Part shown: piece by piece, positions 37,783 through 49,994 of the stretch
How positions within the stretch are numbered: position 1 is the first letter of the stretch
How the letters are laid out: each line of letters begins with the position of its first letter
Source: Mobula hypostoma
Taxonomy: Eukaryota
Assembly (NCBI RefSeq): GCF_963921235.1
Contig: NC_086108.1
Location: 10,540,001-10,604,000 of the forward strand
Reading direction: 5' to 3'
DNA: 64,000 nucleotides
The notes under the pieces: generated by a model
What the model was told of the DNA's origin: nothing
What the model saw: the letters and a program-made list of their open reading frames with translations, nothing else
Database searches by the model: none
Position numbers and translations under genes: made by a program

Positions 37783-38370
37783 CCATAAGAGCATATGATA
37801 TAAGAGCAGAATTAGGCCAGTTGGGCCACCAAGTCTGTTCCATCATTTCATCATGCCTCATCCGTTTTCCCTCTCAGCCCAATATTCCCCAGTCTCCTGC
37901 TTTCTCCCCATAATCCCTTCATGCCCTGACTAATCAAGAATCTATCAACCTCTGCCTTAAATATATCCAATGATTTGGCCTCCACCGCTGCCTGTGGCAA
38001 CAAATTCCACAGATTCACCGCTCTCTGGCTAAAAAACTTCCTCCTCATCTCCATTCTGAAAGGACGCCTCTCTGTTCTGAGACTGTGTCCTCTGGTCTTA
38101 GACTTGCCCACTCTATTCAGGCCTTTCAACATTCAATAGGCTTCAATGAGATTCCCTCTCATTCTTCAAAATCCTGGTGAGTAGAGGCCCAGAGCCATCA
38201 ATTGCTCCTCATATGACAAGCCTTTCAATCCCGGGATCTTTCACCTCCTTTGAACCCTCTCCAATGTCAGCACGACCTTTCTAAGATAAGGGCGCAAACC
38301 TACTCACAATACTCCATGTGAGGCCTCACCAGTGTTTTATAAAGCCTCGACATTACATCCTTGCTTTTTT
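37783..38370 (-). mobile_element. CR1 3' fragment
   Basis: KTRGHSLRTERRPFRMEMRRKFFSQRAVNLWNLLP. Confidence 0.8.
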
Positions 38371-38599
38371 CAAAATGCCATTTTGAAAGTCTCTTCCCAG
38401 ACAGTTAATCTGATCAACTATTCAAGTTAGCCCGTCCCTACCCCCTCAATCTATTACCCCTGTCACTGCACTGTAAACACTTTAATCTACCATGATGCTG
38501 TTTTCATTATAAATACATGCTGGTGTTAGTATATTAATGCACAACTTATCCCATTACCATACTTTAACCTCTTAAGTTTAGTTTAAATATAATTGTTTA

Positions 38600-39195
38600 T
38601 GGCTGGGTTGAGTTGTTCTCTGATCTTGGCAACTTACTTGCAAATGTTTTGTCACTATGTGAGGAGACTTAGTCATGCGCCGTTGATTGTGATATGTCCT
38701 CTGATTGCTTGGCCTTTATATACTTATCAACCAGGTGATTGGATGGTATTTTGGAAACTCAATTGTGACGCGGGATGGTAATCTCGTTGGTGATTGGCTG
38801 TGCGGCATATTTCATGTGTTGTGCTCTGGAATTTTGCCCACATCAACTCATAAACGGGATTGGGATCCTCATGCTTGTTTAGAGAATTGTTTGAGGAAAA
38901 CCCACGCTTCTGGGAATTCTCTTGCATGCCGCGTGTCTGCTCGCGCCACGACTCTCACTGATGCCCAGTCGAATCTGTGCCTCTCTCGATCTTCATGGGA
39001 GGACACTCGGGAGAGTTGGTCACTCCGCTTTACAGCCAGTTGACGTTCATGGATCCTTGTGGATAGCTTTCTCCCAGTTTGGCTGATGTAATATTTGCTG
39101 CAGTCACTGCATTGGATCTTGTAGACCACATCGGTCTTGTCTAATAGCTTGGCTTGTTCTTTTGGTCTGCAGAGTGCCCTCAACGTTGCTGATGG
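38600..39195 (-). mobile_element. Penelope-like element 3' end with GIY-YIG endonuclease remnant
   Basis: ORF 38869-39183 (-) VVYKIQCSDCSKYYISQTGRKLSTRIHE..HRFDW..AREFPEAW. Confidence 0.85.
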
Positions 39196-42100
39196 CTAAT
39201 TCAAGACTGAAATTCTAATAATTGGTGAATGCTGGTTTTTGATTGCATGTTGACCAACACACCACAACAAATTCATAATAATTGTAAATAAGTAAATATG
39301 GTGAATAAAGTTGAGCTTTCAGAGTCATGGAATCGAATGCACGGGACTGGCCCTTCAGCTCATTATGCCTCTGCTCCCTGTTGTGTCCCTCTGGACTAAT
39401 CCCTCTGACCTGCGTGAGGACTGTGGCTTTCTCCACTGCGCTGATTCATTTACCCTTTTAGGGTGCCACAGCGGTGTAGCATTTAGTGCCAGTGATCAGC
39501 AATTGGCCATTATCAATACTCTTCAGACATTGTCTACCTGGTGTCTGTGGTCGCATAACCAGGACTTGTGATATGCACAGGCTGCTCATATAACCATCCA
39601 CCAGCTGCTCCCATGTCCTCATGTGACCCTGATCCAGGAGGGGGGTGGGGAGGGCTAAGCAGGTGCTATACTTTGCCCAAGGGTGACCTGCAGGCTAATA
39701 GAGAGAGGGAGAGCCATACGGCTCCTTTGGTAGAGACGTATCTCCACCCTGCCACCCGCCTTTCAGAGCAACTCACAGCGATCACTGGAGGAACTCAGCA
39801 GGTCGGGCAGCATCTATGGATGAGTAAACAGTCAATGTTTTGGTCCATCAGGACCAGTAAGGATGGGGGAAGAAACCAGAATAGGGTGATGGGTGGAGGG
39901 GAAGGCGTACACGTTGGCAGTTGATAGGTGAGATCAGGTGAAGGGGCAGCTGGCTGGGCTGCAAGAGGGGATGAAGTAAAAAGCTGGAAGGGGATAGGAG
40001 GAAGAGGTAAAAGGTTGAAGATGAATGATTTTATTTATTGAGATACAGTGTAATATATGCCCTTACGGCCATTCGAGACACGCCGTCCAACAGTCCCTGA
40101 TTTAATCCTAGCCTAATGACGGGACAATTTACAACGAGCAATTAACTTACAAACCGGTATGTCTTTGGACTGTGGGAGGAAACCAGAGCACCCGGAGGAA
40201 ACCCACATGCTCACGGGGAGCAGGTACAAACTCCATACAGGTAGCAGTGGGAATTGAACTTGGGTCGCTGGTACAGTTAAGTGTTGTGCTGGAGGGTGAT
40301 AGGGGGAGGAGAGTGGAGCCTGGGAGAAAGGGAAGGAGGAGGGACGTCAGAGGGAGTTGATGGTCGGGTGAGGAGAAGAAAAATGGCGAGGGGAGAGCCA
40401 GAATGGAGAATAGAAAAGTGAGAAGGGCAGTGGGGGAAATTACTCAAAGTTAAGAAATCGGTTTTCACGCTTTCAGTCATTTCCTTCTTCCGCACATTCC
40501 TTCAGAATATATTTGGTTTCTCAACTCTTGTTCGAATTCATGTAGCCAAGCTCTCTGTCCATAGCAGAGTGCCTTCCCTTCCTGGCCTGATTCTCGTAAC
40601 CACCCCAATACCAACACACTGCAGCTCGGCCCTCAGCTGGCTGAATGCCCACGTACCCCGAGAATCTGCCACTGCTCTACTTCGGGCTGGGTCTGCGACA
40701 GTGCCAGAGAGATGCAGAATCTGAAATCTGGCTTTTTTTTCTGCTGACTTAATGCATTTCCAGTCAAAAGCAATTTATTAACTCCTCTCCACGTGGACAA
40801 TCTAATTTCTTGGTACAGCAGCGGTATCTGTTTTAACACTATATTCTCTCATGGATCTCGTTATCGGCTCGCTATGCATTTGTTTAACGTACTGTTGCTA
40901 ATTCACCAGGGAACTCCAAGTGGACAGATTGGGTTCCAATAATAGAGCACTTGTGTTTAAACTGTATCTGCATTATTATATAACGACAGGCCTGCTTTGG
41001 AATTTCATGCCATAAGCATTTAATAAAACTGCTCCAGTGCCAGTAATGTATTGTACGCTTTGACCCAGCGTATCGCTAAGATTGGGAGGGTCTACAATTA
41101 GAGGTCATGGGCTAAGGGTGAATGGTGATGAGTATAAGGGGAATATGAGGCGAAAACTCTTCAGTCAGAGAGCAGTGAGAGTGGGGAATGAGCTCCCACT
41201 GCAAGTGGTTATGCAAGCATGATTTCAATGTTTTAGAGAAGCTTGGATAGGTACATGGAGGGCCATGGTCCTGGTTCAGGTCGATGGGAGTAGGCAGTTT
41301 AAATGGCTTGGCACAGACTAGATGGGCCAAAAGGCCTGTTTCTGTGCTGTACTTTTCTATGACTCTATGACTGTAATTGGTCTGTTTCAGAAGGCACTCG
41401 CAGATTTCTACACATGTACCGTGGGGAGCATTCTAACTGTCCGGGTGTTTTTCATGAAACATCCACCCCTTCGTCAGCTGAACCCCACAACTTCACCTTT
41501 GTTATGTCCGTGCCTGACTGTGCCAAGGAACTCCAGCCACTGTCCTCTCATCTCTTCCCTGTGAGACTGAAGCCACTTGGAACTCTGCTGAACCACTTCC
41601 TTCTAGAAACATCCACCCTGTTGTCAGCTGAACCTCACAAGTGTTATGTCCATGCCCAACGTGCTATGACCCTTCACTCTGTTGGGTGGCATGGTAGCGT
41701 AGTGGTTAGCACAGCGTTTTACAGTACAGGCAGCTCAGGTTTAGTTCCCCTTGTTGCCTGCAAGGAGTTTGTATGTTCTCCCTCTGACAGTGTGTGTTAC
41801 CACCAGATGCTGCAGAAGTTGGTGGTTTAATTGGTCATTGTAAATTGTTCGTTGATCCGGCTGCAATTAAACTGGGGGATTGCTGGGCGGCGCAGCTCGA
41901 AGGGCTGGAAGGGCCTGTCAGAAACATAGAAAACTCACAGCACAATACAGGCCCTTCAGCCCACAAAGCTGTGCCGAACATGTTCTGCACTATATCTCAG
42001 TCAGTAAATAAACACATGGGATTCTGCAGACGTTGGAGATCCAGAGTAACACCCTATCACCTACCCCTGCCCTGCTTCTCACTTCATCCCCTCCCACACC

Positions 42101-43648
42101 CACCCACCTTCCCCCTCACTAGATCTCACCTGCCAGCTTGTAGTCCTCCCTCTTCCCCCACCCCCACCTCCCTATCCTGGCTTCTTCCCCCCTTCCTTTC
42201 CAGTCCTATTGAAGGCTCCGGGCCCAAAACGTCGACTGTTTATTCCCCGGCAAAGATGCTACCTGACCTGCTGAAATCCTGCAGTGTTTTATATGTGTTG
42301 CCTTCACTCGATTCTCTGTAAAGCAGAAGCCACTCAAAACTGCTGCCATATGTTCCAACTCTCTCTTCACCCCTTGCTCACTGACTTATACCAAAAGACC
42401 TAAGGGCAGAATCAGGCCATTCGGCCCATTAATTCTGCTCTGCCATTCTATCAAGGCTGATTTGTTATCTGCTGCCTTCTCCCCGTAACCTTTGACTTTA
42501 CTTACCACCTGTTACATCACTGGTGTTTGGGGCAGCAATGAGGTCCGCCATCTCTGGCGGTGTTCAGGGCTTCCTTCATCATGTCAGTAGCTCCCTCCCA
42601 GTTTTCACTACTGTCAATCATGCAAATCCCGGGTGGAGACTCAGGAATACCATCACATTCGGATGTAGAATGATTCTTTATTGCTGTTTCCGTAACAGTT
42701 TTGTTTTGACCAGTCAGTGTTGCTAGCCCTGAGCTGAACCCCCGAACTTAGAGGACCTGTGGATCACTCTTAGTCTGGCCTTTGACCTGTTTGACATGGG
42801 TGGCCCTATTAAGACCCAAAGCATAAAGCCCCTGACTCCAGTCAACATAGCTCTCCAGGTCACTCAGGTTTGCAAGCCTCCAAACCCAATGACAAGGTCG
42901 TGGTCCTCTTGGAGGCTGTAACCTTTGATGTCCTGAGTAATCAAGAACCTGTCAACCTCCAGTGACTTGGCCTCCACAGCTGTCTGAGGCAAAGAATTCC
43001 ACAGATTCACCACTCTCTGGCTTCTGGTTAACTAATGCCTTGACTTTAAAGTTCTCCCTTTCAATGATAGCTCAGCCTGTTTCTGTACTGTACTTTCCTA
43101 TGACTCTATAAATTGCTCTGTGGCCATGTTCTCCCCCCCCTCTCTCCATGAGGAGAACATCAGCTAGCTGGCTGAAGATGAGGACAGATCACTGGTTTCT
43201 CAGAATGGGAGGGAGAATGGCCATAAGGTTGTTACAATGTTTTTACCCTCTTTAATCATGCATCGTTTGCCTTTAAAAATACATTTCTGCTGCTGTCCTC
43301 TCTATGATATTGCAAGGCCCACGACTGCAAAAAGCTTCAGTCTGGCAGGGAGGAGCAAGTGCCATCTGTTGGATCTGTGGGCTGGTGGTATCCATTAAAT
43401 GTACAGTTGGGGGAGATTCCCAAGTACAACTGAAGTTAACGGCTGGGTCAGAGAGTTTAGTTTTGAAATATTCCTCTGACAATTTTGTTTACCCGTGCTG
43501 AAGGCCAGTGGCCAATCCATTTAAAGCTCAGAGGGGTGCAGAGCTGCCATTGGACAGGAGGCTGGTGGGTCCCACCAGCTATCTCTGCCAAGTGAACTGA
43601 ACTGGTCAAACACAGACACTGGGCTCAGCCAGACCCCAGTCCAGTTAC

Positions 43649-43658
43649 CTATTTATAA
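43649..43658 (+). promoter_or_regulatory. MEF2 consensus site in non-repetitive island
   Basis: CTATTTATAA fits YTAWWWWTAR; motif match only. Confidence 0.3.
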
Positions 43659-43763
43659 CCGGTCTGTAAACAACCTGTATATGGCCTGATCACTGAGAGG
43701 AGCTTCACACCCCACGCCAGCCTCTTCTTGGACAGTGTATGTGCTTGCAAACATACACGTGCG

Positions 43764-43766
<3 letters not shown>

Positions 43767-43808
<42 letters not shown>

Positions 43809-43827
43809 ACACACACACACACACACA
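43767..43827. repeat. (CA)n microsatellite (others at 12191-12238, 19463-19503, 56249-56316)
   Basis: Directly visible. Confidence 0.95.
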
Positions 43828-44431
43828 ACCTCCAGAGATGTACAAACATGGACTGATACAGTCAGTCGGAATGGACACCATTACTTCCTCCCGTCGCCAT
43901 ACTCCCCAGGTGTGTGTTCATCACCACTCCCTCCCCTTGTCACGGGGGGGGGTGGTGTTGCTCTGTCTTACTCCCTCCACCATCCCAGGGCTCTAACTGC
44001 TGTCTTTAGTGATCAATATTACACTTGCAATACAAGTGCAGCGACAGGCTTCTGTTTAATGGTGTTCAGCGCTCTGAGAAATGTTTAAAGACCAAAGAAC
44101 CTCGTAAATCTCGGCTGATATAGTTGTAAGACATTACAGTGTTGCCAAGGATATTACCGTGCACGATACTCAGGGTGGTTGGACTTTACGAGGCTCTCCC
44201 CGCAGACTCAGGGAGTGTGTGGCCATTGTGGGTGGTGGCAGAAATAAATGGTCTGAGATAATTACTGTGCTTTTGTAGCCGGGGTATTCTCAAGTTTATG
44301 CAACAGCTTTGTGCCTGAAATTAGTTTTGTTAAGTCTCATTAGCCAAGTGTAGTGTTATGTTGAATGGCAGGCGGAGGATGGTCAAGGAATTAAGGAAAG
44401 GTTTTGCAACAAGAATTCCCAGGAGAAATGG

Positions 44432-45255
44432 TTTCAAAATAAATTTTATTATCGAAGTACATATACGTCACCTTATACAACCCTGAGATTCATTTTCCTG
44501 CGGGCATACTCAGCTAATCTATGGAATAGTAACTATAACTGGATCAATGAAAGATCAACCAGAGTGCAGAAGACAACAAACTGTGCAAGTACAAATATCA
44601 ATAAATAGCAATAAATAATAAGAGCCTGAGGTAATGAGACAAAGAGTCCTTGAAGTGAGATCATTAGTTGTAGGAACATCTCAATAGATGGTCAAGTGAG
44701 TGTAATGATCCTGTTTTATTCAAGAGCCTGATGGTTGAGGGGTAGTAACTGTTCTTGAACCAGGTGGTGTGAGACCTGAGGCTCCTGTACCTTCCACCTG
44801 ATGGCAGCAGTGGGAAAAGAGCATGGCCTGGGTAGTGGGAGTCTCTGATGAGGGATGCTGTTTTCCTACAACAGAGTTTCATGCAGATGTGCTCAATGGT
44901 TGGGAGGGCTTGACCCATGATGGACTGGGAAAAATCCACTACTTTTCGTAGGATCTTCCATTCAAGGGCATTAGTGTTTCCATACTAGGCTGTCATGCAG
45001 CCAGTCAATATACTCTCCACCACACATCTATAGGAGTTTGTCTAAGTTTTTGATGTCATGTCGAATCTCTGCAGGTTCCTGAGGAGGTAAAGGTGCTGTT
45101 GTGCTTTCTTGAAAATACATTTATATGACGGGTCCAGGACAGGTCCTCTGAGATAGTGACTCCCAGGAATTTAGTTACTAACCCTCTCCACCTTTGACCG
45201 TCTGATGAGTACTGGCTGATGGACCTCCGTATTCCCTCTCCTAAAGTCTCCAATC
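44432..45255 (-). mobile_element. Rex1/Babar-like LINE fragment, continued at 53478-53535
   Basis: HYPGHALFPLLPSGGRYRSLRSHT; sequence resumes collinearly (WCHNNLSLNVSKTK) after the CR1 nest. Confidence 0.8.
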
Positions 45256-46160
45256 GCGGGACCATCGCAGCAGGAGGAGGAGCGAGGGGCTCGGGAGATC
45301 GCTGAGTGCCGGGAAGCAGCTGAGGAGCTGAGGTGAGTGTGCTTTAAAAGGAGCGTGGAGGGCAACTGAAGGGTTAAGCAGAGTGTTGATTAGAGGGAGT
45401 GAGTACTTGAGATAATTGGCAAGGACAAATAAAAGGAGGGGTAACTAAAGAGGAGCGGCCAGCGTGCGAGTGGCTCAGGGTAGGAGTGGAGTTTTGAGGC
45501 TTTGACTCGAGAGGCTTCGGCGAGCAGAGGCTGAGGACGAGCCTGCTCCCAGTGAGGTCAGGCCGGGTAAGTTTCTTTAATTAATTAAATTAACTTAGGA
45601 GTAGGTAATGGAGGCAGCAGTTAGGGCAGTCGAGTGCTCCGTTTGCAGTAGGTGGGGAGTCAGGGCGAGTACAATTGTCCCTGATGACTACACCTGTGAA
45701 AGGTGCATCCAGCCGCAGCTCCTGACAAACCGAGTTAGGGAACTGGAGCTGGAGCTGGATGGACTTCAGATCATTTGGGAGTCAGAGGCAGAAATAGACA
45801 GGAATTACAGGGAGATAGTCGTCCCTAAGAGTCAAGAAGCAGGCAGCTGGGTGACTGTCAGGTGAGGGAACGGGAATAGACAGAATGAGCAGAGCACCCC
45901 AGTGGCCGTTCGCATCAATAATAAGTATACCATTTTGGATACTGTTGGTGGGGACAACCTACCAGGGACAAGTTGCAGTGGTCACTTCTCTGGCACCGAG
46001 ACTGGACCCTCAGCTCAGAAGGGAAGGAGGGAAAAGAGGAGAGCAGTAGTGATAGGGGATTCATAGAAACATAGAAACATAGAAAATAGGTGCAGGAGTA
46101 GGCCATTCGGCCCTTCGAGCCTGCACCGCCATTTATTATGATCATGGCTGATCATCCAAC

Positions 46161-49100
46161 TCAGAACCCCGCCCCAGCCTTCCCTCCATACCCCCTGACC
46201 CCTGTAGCCACAAGGGCCATATCTAACTCCCTCTTAAACATAGCCAATGAACTGGCCTCAACAGTTTCCTGTGGCAGAGAATTCCACAGAGTCACCACTC
46301 TCTGTGTGAAGAAGTTTTTCCTAATCTCGGTCCTAAAAGGCTTCCCCTCTATCCTCAAACTGTGGCCCCTCGTTCTGGACTTCCCCAACATCGGGAACAA
46401 TCTTCCTGCATCTAGCCTGTCCAATCCCTTTAGGATTTTATACGTTTCAATCAGATCCCCCCTCAATCTTCTAAATTCCAATGAGTACAAGCCCAGTTCA
46501 TCCACTCTTTCTTCATATGAAAGTCCTGCCATCCCAGGAATCAATCTGGTGAACCTTCTTTGTACTCCCTCTAAGGCAAGGATGGCTTTCCTCAGATTAG
46601 GGGACCAAAACTGCACACAATACTCCAAGTGTGATCTCACCAAGGCCTTGTACAACTGCAGTAGTACCTCCCTGCTCCTGTACTCGAATCCTCTCCCTAT
46701 AAATGCCAGCATACCATTCGCCTTTTTCACCGCCTGCTGTATCTGCATGCCCACTTTCAATGACTGGTGTATAATGACACCCAGGTCTCGTTGCACCTCC
46801 CCTTTTCCTAATCGGCCACCATTCAGATAATAATCTGTTTTCCTATTTTTGCCACCAAAGTGGATAACTTCACATTTATCCACATTAAATTGCATCTGCC
46901 ATGAATTTGCCCACTCACCCAACCTATCCAAGTCACCCTGCATCCTCTTAGCATACTCCTCACAGCTAACACTGCCACCCAGCTTCGTGTCATCCGCAAA
47001 CTTGGAGATGCTGCATTTAATTCCCTCATCCAAGTCATTAATATATATTGTAAACAACTGGGGTCCCAGCACTGAGCCTTGCGGTACCCCACTAGTCACC
47101 GCCTGCCATTCTGAAAAGGTCCCGTTTATTCCCACTCTTTGCTTCCTGTCTGCTAACCAATTCTCCACCCACACCAATACCTTACCCCCAATACCGTGTG
47201 CTTTAAGTTTGCACACTAATCTCCTGTGTGGGACCTTGTCAAAAGCCTTTTGAAAATCCAAATATACCACATCCACTGGTTCTCCCTTATCCACTCTACT
47301 AGTTACATCCTCAAAAAATTCTATGAGATTCATCAGACATGATTTTCCTTTCACAAATCCATGCTGACTTTGTCCGATCATTTCACCGCTTTCCAAATGT
47401 GCTGTTATCACATCCTTGATAACTGACTCCAGCAGTTTCCCCACCACTGACGTTAGGCTAACTGGTCTATTATTCCCTGGTTTCTCTCTCCCTCCTTTTT
47501 TAAAAAGTGGGGTTACATTAGCCACCCTCCAATCCTCAGGAACTAGTCCAGAATCTAACGAGTTTTGAAAAATTATCACTAATGCGTCCACTATTTCTTG
47601 GGCTACTTCCTTAAGCACTCTAGGATGCAGACCATCTGGCCCTGGGGATTTATCTGCCTTCAATCCCTTCAATTTACCTAACACCACTTCCCTACTAACA
47701 TGTATTTCGCTCAGTTCCTCCATCTCACTGGACCCTCTGTTCCTTACTATTTCTGGAAGATTATTTATGTCCTCCTTAGTGAAGACAGAACCAAAGTAAT
47801 TATTCAATTGGTCTGCCATGTCCTTGCTCCCCATAATCAATTCACCTGTTTCTGTCTGCAGGGGACCTACATTTGTCTTTACCAGTCTTTTCCTTTTTAC
47901 ATATCTATAAAAGCTTTTACAGTCCGTTTTTATGTTCCCTGCCAGTTTTCTCTCATAATCTTTTTTCCTCTTCCTAATTAAGCCCTTTGTCTTCCTCTGC
48001 TGAACTCTGAATTTCTCCCAGTCCTCAGGTGAGCCACTTTCTCTGGCTAATTTGTATGCTACTTCTTTGGAATTGATACTATCCCTAATCTCTCTTGTCA
48101 GCCACGGGTGCACTACCTTCCTTGATTTATTCTTTTGCCAAACTGGGATGAACAATTGTTGTAGTTCATCCATGCAACCCTTAAATGCTTGCCATTGCAT
48201 ATCCACCGTCAATCCTTGAAGTGTCATTTGCCAGTCTATCTTAGCTAATTCACGTCTCATACCTTCAAAGTTACCCCTCTTTAAGTTCAGAACCTTTGTT
48301 TCTGAATTAACTATGTCACTCTCCATCTTAATGAAGAATTCCACCATATTATGGTCACTCTTACCCAAGGGGCCTCTCACGACAAGATCGCTAATTAACC
48401 CTTCCTCATTGCTCAAAACCCAGTCCAGAATAGCCTGCTCTCTAGTTGGTTCCTCGACATGTTGGTTCAAAAAACCATCCCGCATACATTCCAAGAAATC
48501 CTCTTCCTCAGCACCTTTACCAATTTGGTTCACCCAATCTACATGTAGATTGAAGTCACCCATTATAACTGCTGTTCCTTTATTGCACACATTTCTAATT
48601 TCCTGTTTAATACCATCTCTGACCTCACTACTACTGTTAGGTGGCCTGTACACAACTCCCACCAGCGTCTTCTGCCCCTTAGTGTTACGCAGCTCTACCC
48701 ATATCAATTCCACATCTTCCCGGCTTATGTCCTTCCTTTCTATTGCGTTAATCTCTTCTTTAACCAGCAACGCCACCCCACCTCCCCTTCCTTCATGTCT
48801 ATCCCTCCTGAATATTGAATATCCCTGAATGTTGAGCTCCCATCCCTGGTCACCCTGGAGCCATGTCTCTGTGATCCCAACTATATCATAATCATTAATA
48901 ACAATCTGCACTTTCAATTCATCCACCTTATTACGAATGCTCCTTGCATTGACACACAAAGCCTTCAGGCACTCTTTTACAACTCTCTTAGTCCTTATAC
49001 AATTATGCTGAAAAGTGGCCCTTTTTAATGCTTGCCCTGGATTTGTCAGCCTGCCACTTTTACTTTTCTCCTTTGTACTTTTTGCTTCTACCCTCACTTT

Positions 49101-49193
49101 ACACCCCTCTGTCTCTCTGCACTGGTTCCCATCCCCCTGTTGTGAACTAACCTCCTCTCGCCTAGCCTCTTTAATTTGATTCCCACCCCCCAA
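46161..49193 (-). CDS. CR1 ORF2: AP-endonuclease + reverse transcriptase (1010 codons open; annotated start is TTG, not ATG)
   Basis: EN motifs CVNARS, GITETW, VYRPP, MGDFN, SDHN; RT motifs YLDFQKAFDKV, GVPQGSVLGP, FADD. Confidence 0.95.
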   Translation of the reverse strand: MGGGNQIKEARREEVSSQQGDGNQCRETEGCKVRVEAKSTKEKSKSGRLTNPGQALKRATFQHNCIRTKRVVKECLKALCVNARSIRNKVDELKVQIVINDYDIVGITETWLQGDQGWELNIQGYSIFRRDRHEGRGGGVALLVKEEINAIERKDISREDVELIWVELRNTKGQKTLVGVVYRPPNSSSEVRDGIKQEIRNVCNKGTAVIMGDFNLHVDWVNQIGKGAEEEDFLECMRDGFLNQHVEEPTREQAILDWVLSNEEGLISDLVVRGPLGKSDHNMVEFFIKMESDIVNSETKVLNLKRGNFEGMRRELAKIDWQMTLQGLTVDMQWQAFKGCMDELQQLFIPVWQKNKSRKVVHPWLTREIRDSINSKEVAYKLARESGSPEDWEKFRVQQRKTKGLIRKRKKDYERKLAGNIKTDCKSFYRYVKRKRLVKTNVGPLQTETGELIMGSKDMADQLNNYFGSVFTKEDINNLPEIVRNRGSSEMEELSEIHVSREVVLGKLKGLKADKSPGPDGLHPRVLKEVAQEIVDALVIIFQNSLDSGLVPEDWRVANVTPLFKKGGREKPGNNRPVSLTSVVGKLLESVIKDVITAHLESGEMIGQSQHGFVKGKSCLMNLIEFFEDVTSRVDKGEPVDVVYLDFQKAFDKVPHRRLVCKLKAHGIGGKVLVWVENWLADRKQRVGINGTFSEWQAVTSGVPQGSVLGPQLFTIYINDLDEGIKCSISKFADDTKLGGSVSCEEYAKRMQGDLDRLGEWANSWQMQFNVDKCEVIHFGGKNRKTDYYLNGGRLGKGEVQRDLGVIIHQSLKVGMQIQQAVKKANGMLAFIGRGFEYRSREVLLQLYKALVRSHLEYCVQFWSPNLRKAILALEGVQRRFTRLIPGMAGLSYEERVDELGLYSLEFRRLRGDLIETYKILKGLDRLDAGRLFPMLGKSRTRGHSLRIEGKPFRTEIRKNFFTQRVVTLWNSLPQETVEASSLAMFKRELDMALVATGVRGYGGKAGAGF

Positions 49194-49198
49194 CCATT

Positions 49199-49994
49199 CT
49201 AGTTTAAAGTCACCTCAGTAGCCCCCGCTAATCTCCCTGCCAGGATATTGGTCCCCCTAGGATTCAAGTGTAACCCGTCCTTTTTGTACAGGTCATGCCT
49301 GCACCAAAAGAGGTCCCAATGATCCAAAAACTTGAATCCCTGCCCCCTGCTCCAATCCCTCAGCCACGCATTTATCCTCCACCTCATCGCATTCCTACTC
49401 TCACTGTCACGTAGCACAGGCAGTAATCCCGAGATTACTACCTTTGCGGTCCTTTTTCTCAACTCCCTTCCCAGCTCCCCATATTCTCCCTTCAGGACCT
49501 CATCCCTTTTCCTACCTATGTCATTGGTACCTATATGTACCACGACCTCTGGCTCCTCACCCTCCCACTTCAGGATATCTTGGACACGATCAGAAATATC
49601 CCGGACCCTGGCACCAGGGAGGCAAACTACCATCCGGGTCTCTGGACTGCATCCACAGAATCGCCTATCTGACCCCCTTACTATCGAGTCCCCTATCACA
49701 ACTGCCCTCCTCTTCCTTGCCCTACCCTTCTGAGTTACAGGGCCGGACTCTGTGCCAGAGGCACGGCCACTGTCGCTTCCCCCGGGTAAGCTGTCCCCTC
49801 CAACAGTACTCAAACAGGAGTACCTGTTGTTAAGGGGCACAGCCACCGGGGTACTCCCTATTACCTGACTCTTCCCCTTCCCCCTCCTAACCGTGACCCA
49901 CTTGTCTGCCTCCCGTGGCCCCGGCGTGACCACCTGCCTGCAACTCCTCTCTATCATCTCTTCACTCTCCCTGACCAGACAAAGGTCATCGAGC
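49199..49994 (-). CDS. CR1 ORF1, 5'-truncated, SGNH-esterase-like domain
   Basis: VVIGDSIVRG, CLPGA, VHIGTNDI, DGLHLN; zinc-finger N-terminus is missing. Confidence 0.85.

Larger units (their letters stand above)
46063..49994 (-). mobile_element. Young 5'-truncated CR1 LINE nested antisense in another CR1
   Basis: (TTTCTATG)n tail at 46063; TSD TAGGGGATTC (46053-46062) / TAGGGGGATTC (49995-50005); both ORFs free of internal stops. Confidence 0.96.

Noticed and set aside
45330..45610. Intron in the CR1 5' UTR (GTGAGT and GTAAGT donor-like sites)
   Set aside because: No convincing polypyrimidine tract or acceptor before the ORF1 ATG; cannot be supported without transcripts
46138..48828. Antisense ORFs over CR1 ORF2 (also 9954-11069)
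   Set aside because: Shadow frames of RT/EN coding sequence with no independent motifs
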